The translations under genes and the position numbers were made by a program. The notes beneath the pieces were generated by a model that ran no database searches, was not told where the DNA came from, and worked only from the letters and a program-made list of their open reading frames with translations. This document shows positions 37,272-51,068 of a stretch of DNA of 64,000 nt, piece after piece (the stretch's first letter is position 1; each line of letters opens with the position of its first letter). This DNA comes from Rotaria socialis (Eukaryota): the NCBI GenBank assembly GCA_905331295.1, contig CAJNYD010000067.1:1-64000 (forward strand), written 5' to 3'.

Positions 37272-40083
37272 TCTGACTACATGCTTTTCTTGTTACTCTT
37301 TCCTTCTCTCCATCGTGTTCGGCTGCAGAAACTACGCATCATCAGTGGTTACATGCGTGATCAATAAACTTCATCAGTACAAAGCACGAGCCGACCGAGT
37401 TCAATATTTTGCGTCGTTCTTTTTTTTCTTGCTCCTACGAATGTACAAAAATAACTATTGTATATTGAGAAATTATTCTTCCGAATCGAAGATACAGCCA
37501 ACAGTATAAAATATCCGGGGGAGGGGCGATGCGAAAATTTTACATATGTGATTTATTGTTCTTTTTGCTTTCTCTTCATCTGTATTTGAAAAGACAACAA
37601 TAATATTTTATGACCGATTGAAAGTCATAGTGCGCAAAACAAAACCTATATTATCGATGTAGTAAATAAAAATGGTATTCATAGTTTAATTAGTGAATAC
37701 AGCTAACAATTTTCTTTTCAGCTGCGGTTAGATCTATCGATCGTTACAATGTTGAAAACACACTGTTGACATTATTTTTCCTTCACTTACGAGTGATGTG
37801 GAATGTGATCAAAAACTACTTAAGTCAATAAACAGAACGCAAAAAAAAGTGATCTTTGGAATTATCAGGCGCTCCATTTATTATTTAGTGACGCAAATAC
37901 TTTCTGATTAAAAAAGTGTTCAAGTAGACGACGTTGCAAGGCATGATTCGTGTCAAGTAATGAAAAAAAGAAAATCTTGTTTTTTTCTGGACTAAATATT
38001 TTTAATATTGTTAATGTAAAAGAACATCTTTTCAGCAAAGAAACATCAAACTCGGAGAGAAAATAAAATTATCATATAGATGTTTCCTATCTTGTCTTGC
38101 TAAAATATTTCGCACCTATATATCAAGTGTCAGTTTTGCTCTTTATTTTAATCAGTATTTTTGACAGCAATAAAATACGAGTGAATATTATCAAATAGGC
38201 TAAAGAAAAATAAGAGAAAATCGGCTTGTTGGTGATATTTTATTTGCATAGTACTGAATCAGCTTTCGTGAAGGACTGTCAGGGGTCAAAATGTTTCTAT
38301 TACGCATTTATTATTTTTATTGAGAGAATCGTTTTTACAAAAAACATGTAACACGATATTGTGTGGCTACATTAAAAAAATCAATCATGATGATTTATTA
38401 CGGAGGTCGCTTATTTTCAAAAATACCTATCACAAGACAAACATTCTTTTTAAAATATATTATTCGCTATCGTGTTTTGTAGTTTGAAATCTGTTCCTAT
38501 TTAATAGTAATTATCATAGTACAAGCGTTTCGTTGTAGAATTATATGACATACACATTTATTTATGCCGTAGAACGACAAATGATTCGCGTATATGTAAA
38601 TAATAATGTGTATATACTTGTCGTGCAACTGTGGAAATTATACAAATTTTCAAGGATGTCAATCATCGTACCTAATTAGCCTAACATAGTCAAAAATAAA
38701 CTACATGAAATCAGATGCGAAATAATAAAATGAAAGTTCGATAATAAAATATCTTGCTGTGCCAAATTCAACATAAAAACATGTTCAATGCATACAACTA
38801 AATTATTTAATAAATGAAAATCAAATGTAATATGTAAATTTAGTTAGGTATAAAAGATAAGAAAGTCTAAAAAATAATTTTATTTCATTATTACAGAGAA
38901 GAAAAAAAACATTCTAGAATGATATCGAAAGCTCGCGTGTCACAGTATTCTTTTGTGAACTGATGTCTATTGACAATGGTATTAAGTTTGAGCAAAGAAT
39001 GTACCGTATTATACGACGTTATGTACAGCACAGTAATTCGCAAAATACTTCGTTGTTTGTGACATTTTACGAATAAAGTCTTGTTTTTATCACATTTTTT
39101 CCTAAAGGGCGTGATGATTATTGTTTTTTTAGTATAGTTCAGATAAACAGGACCTAGATTTTCGCAATACAAGATGGTGAAATATCTCATATCAATATAT
39201 TTCGAATACGTTTGATCTTAATCATTGTCATTTCTACGTGATTCATTCTCATTTGATCTTTCAACATATTCTCTAATGATGATCGATTACGGAATAATCT
39301 AGAGAATACAACGTGCGGAAATCTATGAGATGCAACATCATCAATTGTGCTGTTTCTACATACGAAACAAAATTATGAATGATTGTAAAGCAAACAGCTG
39401 AGGTCACATCTGCCAATGCAACACATTTTCATCATTGAGTCTAAAAGCCTCTATCATTAAGAACACTTCTTTCTTCGTGCATAGTAACCAGACGCGTAAT
39501 ATTGATTCGTTTTTTCGAAGTACTTGACGGTGGGTGTGACATTATATTCGCATAACATAATGTTCTAACGCCAAAAGAAAGTATAAGTGATTAATTAATG
39601 ACAAACACTGATCGTAATTTTCAATTATAATGTTCATTTTGACACTTGATTCGACTAATACAAATTTTGGTTCTTGTTGAGTGTTAATAAACTGCGATCA
39701 ATATGATTCAAATATTAGTAGAAATAATTCAAATTATTTTATTTTAGTTTTAGTTTTTGAACCAAATGGTTCTCCACTAATTATAAACTAAAACTGTTTA
39801 TCGTAACGTTTTTCATACTTATGTGATCAGCGATCAGTAAACAGATGACGCTAGAATCCATTATTATCCATCTAAAACAACAAATAAACATGTTTTTGAT
39901 AAATTTCATTAATTATCTCGTTGTTTTCAATGGCAAAAGCTTCTATACTAAACAAAAAGTTTCGATGCTATCACAGAAAATTTAAGCCAATCATCATCCC
40001 AAGATTACGATGAGTCATATATTCTATGCTGATAAGAAAATTCTATCTAACCGTCTTGAAAGAACTGTTTAGTATCAATAAAA

Positions 40084-43000
40084 ATGACTTCTATTTCAAC
40101 AAAATGGACACCAAAAAAACGCGATTATACATCCGAACACAAACGATTGAACAAAACTACAAATGTTACAACAACTCATCCTCTTGGTGTTATTGTTGTA
40201 TGTAAAATTGAATAAATTTAGAAAATTATTTTTACTCGATAAAATTTTTAGGCAAACAAACCGCAAACAACCACAACCTCGTCATCTTCAATAGTAGATC
40301 CTCTTTCAACAAAAACAAGTGAAGCTGAAATCGATCCATTGTCGCGTGCATTAGCAGCTGCAATTTCATCAAAAATAGAGTCAAAAGTTGAACATTCACC
40401 AGGAATAACAGATACATTTGAACCATGGTCAAGTAAAAAAGGGCTTATTTTAAGTCAATATATAACAACAAAGAAGATTAGCATGACAACAGCTATGAGT
40501 AATAATAACGACGAATCAATGATTGATAGTTCTAAAAGTATTTAAAACGGCATACTCTAAAAAGAAAATCAACGAAAGTTTCTTTTTCTTTAGTCGCAGA
40601 TATGACAACAACATCGGAACGAATTAAAAATCGTCTTGAGCAATTAGATGCATATGAAGTAAAATTTTTAATTGTTGAATTGTATTTTCATGCAAGAAAA
40701 TATTTTCTTACAGGGAGGACAGCAAACACAAAGTTTAACACAACAAGAATATGTCAATCGAATTAACGAAATGAATAAAGATATGGGTCAAGCATGGAAA
40801 AATGACCAACGTGTTAAAACATTAAAAATCGTTATACAAGTAATCTACTGGTCTCAAGATAGTTTTTGTTAGTCACTAGACAAGGATATTTAGTTAGAAT
40901 TAGAAATATTTCAATTTTTCGTGTGGAATAAAAATTAACTTAACAATATTGTAAAGAACACTGAGTTATGTGTGTTTTAATAAGTGACATTTATCTGCAG
41001 ATTTCCAGAAAAGAGCTTCTTTCAAAATGTAAGACTTTTAAAATTGCAAATGCAAAGATAAAAAGAGACACTTTGCAGAACAAACTTTATCCTATGATGA
41101 CAATACATTATAAAGAATTGTTTTACATGCTAAGTTTGATAGATTTTACTAGAAGTATAAAATTGACTGAAGTAGTTTTCTCTACAACTATTATTCCACA
41201 ACATATAACTTAAATGAAATTCTATTTTTATTATTGAAATAGAGTTGTAAATTATTAGCTGATATGAATGTTATGGAATTTTATCCAAGTAAATTTTGTT
41301 TGATTACAGACGTATTAGATACTTTTGGTAAGATATTTAACGTTCAAGTTTTCAATATATCTATCATCGAATGTGTATCTTTTAGGAAAACTGGTTTATA
41401 CACGTTTATTAGAAAAAAGTGCTTCATCAACAGGAAAAATTCGTAAATAAATACTTCTAAAATTTCATTATTAAAATTTAATAAAATGTTTTCTTTTTGC
41501 TTAGCTGACCGTGTTGTACCTGATCTTATTCCAGAAGCGACTCGGGAGACAACTCGTAATTGGTTTTATAAAATAGCGATTATTCGTGAATTATTACCGC
41601 GTATACTTGTTGAAGCATCTATTCTTAAATGTTATAATTTTTTATCTACAACGTAAAAAGAAAAAGATTTTTTCATTATCAAAACTAATTCGTTTTGGTT
41701 TTTATGTATCGTTTAGGCACTATCGAATAGCTCTAATGCAGTTAGTTAAATTGTGTCGTGGCATCGGAGATCCATTAGTAGCTGCCTATACTCGTTGTTA
41801 TATTTGTCGTGTAAATTAAATCGAACTATTTTTTTAGAAGAAGAAAATATTACATTTTATTTTTATTTACAGGTTACCATTGATATTGATTATAAGTATC
41901 GTGAACCTATTGAATTGGCTTTTACAGATATATGTCATTCGTTTCATCAAATAAATACACCAACGGTTAAAAATATGTATACATTACAAAAATTAACAAC
42001 TAGCATTTACTTATCACTATTCTCACCGGCATTAGATTGGATTGTTCAATGTTTATTGTATAACTTAGTTGAAGTCAAAATGGAAGAAATTATCAATAAA
42101 ACACGATCCGAACTTACTATGTTAAGGCAAGAACGGGAAATGTTTATCTTGTAGATAGCCCATGATTTTCTGATAGTTTTCAGATATTTACAGAATATGT
42201 GAAAATTATAAAATTGAGAACAGGGAGAGTAGATTTCTTAACAAATTAAAAAAATCTAAGGAGTATTATAAGAAAAAATTTAGATTCCTTCTTGTTTTGT
42301 ATAAAAATCTACAAATTTCTGTTTCATTTATTAGTGGCGGTGTCATATTAAATGCACTTCTAAATACACTTCCACCAAGTCATGTTCGTGTGAAAGTTAA
42401 ACAATATATTGAAATGATCGGCGAATGTGATGAACAACATTTTCCAAAGGTAAATAAATGATTAAAATAATATTAGGAAATTTTGTTTTTATTCTAGAGT
42501 ATACTTTATCGTTCTCTTGGTCTATCACTTCTATTGTCAACACCGACATCAACACCATCTGATCTTCAATTATTAAATAGTGTTTGGAAAGTAGTAACAA
42601 AATTTAGGGATCCATCGGTAAAATAATTTCTTCATAATTCAATGCTAATATTGAAATTCGTAAGAAGGATTACAGATCTTCATTAGAAACATGCGATATA
42701 TTAGAATTTAGCTCGTTATAGCATATAGTCCATCTGAACTATCTAAAACATAATCATGTCTATGAAGATAGAGAGAGTGAAAGAGTCATTTCCCACTGTC
42801 CGTTTCTTAACAATCGCTCTTGCCTTGTATTTGAGCCAGATCTCGAGCTGGAATCGGAACCTTCGCTATTTTACGATACGAACTATAGAGAATTTAGAAA
42901 ATAAAACCCTAGAAATTGCTATTACACTAAAAATCTATATATACGAGTATCTCGTTATTTGTGATTATGAGACATTTGTTTTCTATACGATAAACTTTAC

Positions 43001-46000
43001 CATGTGAGCAACATATGCTCTTTTCCTCACATGCACAACGAAAATAATATCGCGTGATACATATTGCATTACAATAAACAAAGGAACTAAACGTACATCT
43101 TTTTACAGAGAAAGAACGCAATATCGGGCAGAGAGTACTAATTTTAATATCTTATGATTTTTGTGGTAACACAAAATCATAGAGATATGTACTAATTCAG
43201 CTCTGATTTAAAAGAAAAAAGTTAAATTAATTAATTGTCTGAGAAAAGAAAAAGATCATCTTGTGTAAGATAAAATGATTGCGAATAAAAACCTCTTACT
43301 AAGAAATATCTGTGGGAAGTGAACAAATCAGATTAAACAGCAACGTCGTCAAATATCAATGTTGGTTTTGAGTAGGAGAAATTCATAATATTTATATATA
43401 CATATCTAATTATAGGCTTATATGTCATGTGCTGAAGTTTGGACTGAATTAACATCCAAAGAATATACGGTGAGATGATTAAAAATATATTTAAAAAATG
43501 ATTTAACAACATAGCGACTTTCTAGACTCGAGAATTGAATACTTTATTAGGTGATATTATTAAACACTTAACACCAGATCGTATATTTGAAGAATATTAT
43601 GGAAAATTACATGGAATTATGATTAAACTTCTAGCAAATGTTCAAGATTTTGCATCATTATTTTCTATGGTATTGAATAAAGAGAGGAAAACAAGAAAAA
43701 ACTACGTTGATTCATTATTTTCTTCCCATAGGATAAAATGTTACCATTTCTTGATTTATTTCAACGCGAAAATATTCGAGTAGATTTATTTAAATCAATT
43801 TTACATGCATTTATTAATAAGTTAGTGTATCTAAAAGAAAATTTTGCGCTGTCGAACTACTTCTATTGAAACTTATTATTCTAGAGATCCACAAGAAAAA
43901 ACCAATGATCCAGTATTAATATCTGCTATGATGCATTGTGCAAAAAGTGTTCATGATACACTTGGGTTTGTTCATTTTTTGCTTTTTTACAAAAGAAATC
44001 ACAAGGAATTAAAATCTATTTCATTCAAGTGCTTTGACCAATGATGATGAATTACGTGAAGTTAGTGGACTTTTATCTGCATTGATACGTAAAGTCGATT
44101 ATGGAAGAGATGTTGAACAGGAACTGAAGTTTTGTGTGGAAGCGCGTGGTTTATTTGGCTATGTCGATTCAATTACTATTACACTTATACAGGTAAATAC
44201 AAGAACAATATCGAATCTTTAGATACTTAACGTCTTGATTAAGAAGATCCTCAATGACGTTTAGAGATATTAACACGATGTAATGTTAATTAGAATCGAT
44301 GAAATTGAATAATAAAAGATGCGTACGCCTTTACTCAATGACCGCAATCGAAAACGATTAGTGCGGAGTAAACTACAGCAATAGACTATTGTGGATGCTG
44401 ATAAGGTTAAAGCGTGGCAAAGTTATGTCAATGGTAAGATCCAAAATACGCCATTAGTCTTGGATGACAGAATAATTACGCTGCACATAAATATAATGTT
44501 ATTTTTGCAATTATGTTGCTATCTTATCTGTATTACACTGAAAGTCTACTTGCCCTGAATTATCTTTCTTTTAGTAAATGCGTCATTGCCACATCGGATT
44601 GTACTGAGATCTTAAATTGTCAGGATCCTGTTGCTATCGTTAGTTTTGATTTTATTCGTATACTGGGGGGAGGCAATGGTTGGATTATTATTCCTTGTAA
44701 AATTGTAAACATCAATTTCGTGCTAAAAATGGATTAATATCGTAAGCAAAAGAGTTTCAACCGAAAGTCTTAGTTCAGGAGTGATGAAAAGAATTTTCAA
44801 AACATATAGTTTATTGAAGACTTTTCACTATATTCAATGACTTTCAAAAGAAGCAGTCGTTTATTTGTTCAAATAGCTGATTTTTTTCTTATTCTTTTGA
44901 TGAACCATACGAACTGTTTAATATTAAGAGACTTGATTCAAAATATTCTGTGTTTTCCTTTTCGAATAAGCTTAAATTTACATTTCAATAAAACAATATA
45001 GGACGACTCGGTTTTTTTTTATTCCATAGAAAGTCAACACGTTAGCTGTATCAACACATCGTATTGTCAACAGCGTACATTCAACGGCAACATCGTCGTT
45101 TATACGTGCTTGTATGGCGTTCTGTTACATAACAATACCATCATTAGAACATCCTTTACAAAAACTTCAATTATATATTCTATGCGCACAAACAGCATAT
45201 TTAACTCAAAGTCTTTCACAAGGTTTGCAAAATACAATGTCGTTTTGTTGAATCTTTCAAATCTTCTTTAATATTTTTTAACCAGTCCCAATTGACCGCA
45301 TATGAATGCCATTTGTAATTGCATGTGAGATGAGATCATTTTCCTTCTTCAAAGAAATTTCAATTTCTTGAGTTGGCGTCAACTTATAGGCAGTTGTTGT
45401 TATTGTTTTGAGTATCAATATTGTAACAGTTATTAACTGATTTTTCCACTGTACTCAATCGGACTCAGTGACGAGGTCGAACCAAATTTTCAGATGCTAA
45501 TATTGTTGTTAAATAAATTTTCAGAATAGTATTAAGCGTTATGCCAGATTTGATTCCAACAGAAATATTCTTTCGGAGCAGAACGGTTGTTCTATTTTCT
45601 GTTTTAATTATTTTCAAATATTAATTTAGCTGATGGTTTTCTTAAAATGGCCATAACGCTATTGACTGATTTTCCAAAACAAATTGAAATAGAAGGAAAA
45701 TTAGTATCAAGTGATAAATATCTATATGAATCAGTTACAAATTTAATGTCAACACTTGTCATTGCACCTGTATGTAGTCTTAGTTTTGAGTGAGCAAAAA
45801 GAAAGAAAGAAATGCTTTTTCGATTTTATCGTTTCAGGATAATCCAGATGCAGGCGTTCTATATCTTGCTCATGGTTTAAATAATGTTATTAATCAAATG
45901 AAATGTTTTGATGATACAAGTGAAACACGTGTAATGCTTTTTATCAACATGTTGTGTCTTCTATCGACACAAATTCAAAAAATCTTGCCATATCACATTC

Positions 46001-46597
46001 CAAAAGGTAAAATTACGACATATGAAATGAAATTTAGAATCGTTTGTTGTTTCTTCTATTAGTCGAATCGAATGACACTTTATATGGTAATGATGAAAAT
46101 TTCATTAATGAAATTCATCAACGATTAACTCGTATTTGTGAACAAATCATACAAATTCTGAAAGATTTAGCAACTACAGTAAATATTACGAGAAGGAAAA
46201 ACAAGTCGTTTACATGTTGTTCTTATTTTGATATTTAGAATCCGAAACGACAATCAACACTTGCACTTGAATTTTTCAATCGTTTGATAGCACATGGAGA
46301 TTTGAATCAACCGAAATGCCTGAAATTTGCTGTTAATCTTTGGGGTTTAGTACAAAAATCTTCTACTCCAGATACACAAAAATTTGCTGTAATTTGAAAT
46401 TATAAATTAAGCCAATACGAATTCGTCTTTTTATTTAGAAACGCATTTTAACACTTATTGAAGCTCGTTCTGATCATGATCAAGCATTTAAACGCTTGTC
46501 GGAATTGATTTCAAGCACTTCGAATGATACAAGTAGAGTATCATCTCGGTCGGCATCGATGTCAAATGTTGCACAACCACTGAATACTGCTGATTGA
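40084..46597 (+). CDS. VPS35L: VPS35 endosomal protein-sorting factor-like (retriever subunit, C16orf62)
   Basis: N-terminal HPL/DPLS motifs, [108 protein letters not shown]. Stop TGA 46595-46597. Confidence 0.93.
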
Positions 46598-47504
46598 TGT
46601 GGTGAAAAATTTTGCAATAATGATTCTTTTCTTTTTTCCATATTTTTACATTTTGCTAGTTGTGATTGATCGATTTTCTTTTTTTTTGTTGAAACACATG
46701 GTTGATTAATTTATTTTCTTCTAATATAAAGATCAATTTTTTTATGAAATTTTTATTTATTTGATTTAATCGTTAATAGTTTTTCGTTGAAGTGTTGCCG
46801 ATATCTCGATAGAATAAAAGTCCGTATGCAAAAATAAAACAATCTCAAATAATCGATGATTAGCCTGGAAAGTTAATATGTAGGAATGTTAACTGAAACA
46901 TGAATTGCGAGCTGAAATTACTCAATGTTTCTTTTATCAGTTCTGAGAAATTTTGTAATTAAATGATGGAAAAAAGCAATCACGATAAAGAGCATAGGCA
47001 ACAAAAACTGTGGACAAAAACATCTTAGATGTCAAAAATATTTTACCTATTTTTTTCATTTTGAGATAATAGCGCGTTTTGTCGGATGGAAGCATTGTTT
47101 ATCAAACAATTTGAATGAAAATTGGTCTTAAAGCAGACGCATTTGAATAGATTCATATTCAGTTTTTAAATGTTGCAGCTATTTGATAGAGCTTCATCAA
47201 ATGATTATTGGTTTTCATATCTCCATTTTCTTGTAATAAAAATCAAATTGGAATCGTTTCAATTTCATTCGAATTAAGAGTTCAAATGTCGCTATCCAGT
47301 TTAAAATTTTTTATATAAAATGTAAAATATTCGACAGTGCTATCATAAATATTTATCGCATTATGAGAGGTTTAAATTGCGACAAGATCATGAGATCGAA
47401 TTTTAGAATAATTGAAGAAATAATTATCTAAATTTATGCATTATGTTTATTACTGCTGCTCATCGGCAGTTAGTCTCTATTGAACTTGACAGAGTTGAAT
47501 ATTT

Positions 47505-47599
47505 GTAACCCCCCCCCTCCCATAATAGAAGCCCCGAGGGCTTCTAAACCGACCAGCGTTCAAAATTTTTTAAGGAGGTTTCTATTATGGGAGGGCTAC
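47505..47599. mobile_element. Tiny TIR element / hairpin (95 bp)
   Basis: CCCTCCCATAATAGAAGCC vs GGTTTCTATTATGGGAGGG (inverted, 1 mismatch), plus an internal palindrome TAGAAGCCC-CGA-GGGCTTCTA. Confidence 0.7.
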
Positions 47600-48533
47600 T
47601 AGTGCGACTTTCGTACTGAAGTTTAAAAAGAATCAATAACTCGATCTAACATAAGTGATAAAATTTTTAATCTCTGTTGTCCAAAATATCAATTTAGGCT
47701 GAAACAACTTGAAACAGATTGTTTTGATTTCTATAATTTGTTAAAATTTTGATTCTTTTAATTTTTCATTGTTTTTTCTGATTTTTAAGTTTATTTAATC
47801 TTTTTAGTTTTTAAAGCTTTTAATTTATTGGTGATTTTTTTTTTTGAGTTTTCCTAATTTAAAATCAAGAAAATAAGAAACATCACAGAAATAAGAAATG
47901 TCTGATTTCAGCTCTTTGCTCCTTGTAAGAAAGTCATTATTTCAATGATCTTGACTATTTATTTGCGATAAGCTCAAGTAATTTTACGAAACTCCGTGAA
48001 ATTTTATATAGAGTTCTGGGGGGGGGTATGGGTTATCAAAGCTGAAAGCAATAGAGCTATGGCTCCTAATCTATGTTGGTCTGTAAAGGCGAACGATTCA
48101 AATGAGAGTTTTACCATTATTAGACTCACATCAATATCCATCAGGCATATTGATAAGATATCCTGATTTAACGAGATAGATTTTCTTTCGAAAAACGTTT
48201 GAACATGGAATCGCTTGCATTTGATTGTGTACAATAGGTTCTCTTCGAGAGATTACTAGATATAATGAACAATTTGTTTTGAATTGTAGATCTATGTATG
48301 TATTTGTTCTACTAATTTAAAAATAGCTGTATCTTTTTATTGCAAAGAAAAACTTATACAATGTTTATTCTATATTAATCGTATTAAAAACAATTCTATT
48401 GTAACACGAAACTAATTATTCTTTTTTAACATAATTCTAAAATGACCACGACAAAATAAAAATGGATAACTCTAATTTTTTTCTGTTTATTTTAATAATA
48501 GCACCAGCTAAAACCTTATACATTGAAATTTGA

Positions 48534-51036
48534 TTAACAGGGTATAGTTGTTTGACAATATCGGATTTCTTTTAATGGTCCGCATCGCATACCACCATTA
48601 CGGGCGCGACGTACCGGAATACGTATACGAGTTTGTATAGCATCTTGCCCACAACCTGTACATGAAGACCATGCACTCCATTGGCTTACAACGCAATCAG
48701 TTGGTGCTAGATGAAACGACAAAATCAATATAAGCGTATAACTATTGAAATAGATACGTACGACAACGGTTTAAATGGCATGGCTCAACTTCTTCAAGTG
48801 GCAACGATTGACAGCGATATTGATCAACTGCTCTATGATTATTCAGTAATGTTCGAGAACGGCGTCGAACACCATTACGGCCGCACGTTACTGAACATTC
48901 ACTCCACGTACTCCAAGGACTCATTGAACATGATAAGTCATTATCTAAACAACACAATTGGATCATTCGCTTTTATATTCTCATCTTTACACGTATTATT
49001 TTCTTATTGACACTTACTTTGAACCACAAGACTATTACAAGTAGTTTCACATTCCATTTTGTTGGCGAAATTATTTTTATTATTACCACGAGCAGGACAA
49101 GCACTGTTACCAGCAAATGGTTCGCATGCCATACTTGTTTTATTATAATAATATCGTTCTAAACCACGACATCGATTATCTGCAACTGGTTCAGATTTAC
49201 ATCTTTCTAAAAATAAAACGAAAATCATCTTGGTTCAACAATAGTACTATTTGGTTTTCGAAAAAGTTACTTATGTCAATAGAATGCGATAGGTTTTCAG
49301 AGTTCTCAAACATAAAATTACCTTCGTTTTCAGTGCTACCACAATCAGTAGCATGTGTATTTTGACATTGACGTTTTTCAGTCAAATGAATATCTTTACA
49401 TCTTGAGTCATGGTGCGAATTTTCATTGATATACCATCGTCGTCTCTCTGTTACACCTTGACCACATGTTACTGAACATGGCGAGAATGATGACCAATCA
49501 GTTACAGTACATCTAAAACAAAACGAATAAATAATTTAAAATGCGTTGCTTTGCTTAAAGAGCGACATACGGTGCAACTTGTTGATTTTCATCGTCACAT
49601 TCTTCTCCACTTCTTGCATGACACATCTCACTTTCACTTAATCGTTCGTTACATTCATGATGATTAGGATTTTTATACATTCTAGAAATAGATAAATTTA
49701 TTTGTGAACTTTGAAAAAAAAGAAACTTTTAAACAAACCTTGTTCGTGTTCTTAATCCATTTCCACATTTAACATTGCATGAACTCCATGCTGACCATGA
49801 TGATGTCATACATCGAGGATCAGATGATTGTTCATCTAAAATTATTCAATTTTCTCTCTCTCTAAACACAATCACTCAAGAAAGAAAAATATAAATACCA
49901 AGTATTTCAACATCTGTTTTAGCAATATCTTTTTCAGTTTCAGTTTCAGTCATACGACTTAAATCTGCAAAGTTTGGACCAAAATCAACGACCGGTGTTA
50001 TTTCACTATGCTGTGGTCGACCATTCGGACAGGCTACACCTTGTACCATAATTCGTTTTATACTCACTTTAGCAAATGGAGGTGGTTGACTACCTTTAAA
50101 GATGAAAATCAAATTACAAAATCTTATATTTTCTTTTTGTTGAATTCATACCAAAAAATGGTGATCGTTGATCTGTAATATTACTCGAAAGAATCGGTGC
50201 TATTGGTTTTCGTTGAATTTCCGGTCGTTTAGGACCCTACATAGAATAAAATTTCTCCATTAATCAATTCTTAAAAAGAAAACGTCGAATCAATATCTAC
50301 GTCATATCGAATGCCCATATCTGTTCCAGCATCAATTGGATGAAGTAATTCTTCATAACTATCCATCCATGTACAATCAGGAAGACATAGATCGAGTGCA
50401 GATACACCTAAAAAGTATAATAAACGTAAACAAAAATGTAATTCTCTTTGAAATCAATAGATTTATACCAGCAACCCAATCAGGTGATGGTCCGAGCATA
50501 GTAACAAACGATAGGAAATGATGATTTTTCGAAGTTGTAAAAGCACCTGCAGTTGATTTGCTTACATTGACTGTCCAAAGACCAGGTACAACCATTATAT
50601 TACGTATAACACCAAATTTAGTCTAAATAAATATTCTTCGAACTTATTATTAACAAGAAACCAAAAACAAATTTACATGATTTTTTATTTCCTTTTGCAT
50701 AGTACCAATTGCTCCCCATTCAGCTATTTGTTTAAGACCATCACTGGCGGTATCACCATAATTCCATACTATTTTAAAATACAATTAAATATACATTTGA
50801 AAGTGAATCTTTGAATGAATTATCAGTTATTCTAAATTTTTGGATATTTTCTATCGTGTTACTAGAGAGTTTGTGTACTATCTTAATTTGTAATCAATTA
50901 TTTAACAAGACATTTTCATATTCATAGTAAAATTTTAATTAAAACTAAAAAAGAATAACTAGTTCGTGAAGACTTAGCTATGCGGAGAAGATATATTCAA
51001 AAAAATCGGCTAGAACTATTTGTTTTGAAGGAAGTA

Positions 51037-51068
<32 letters not shown>

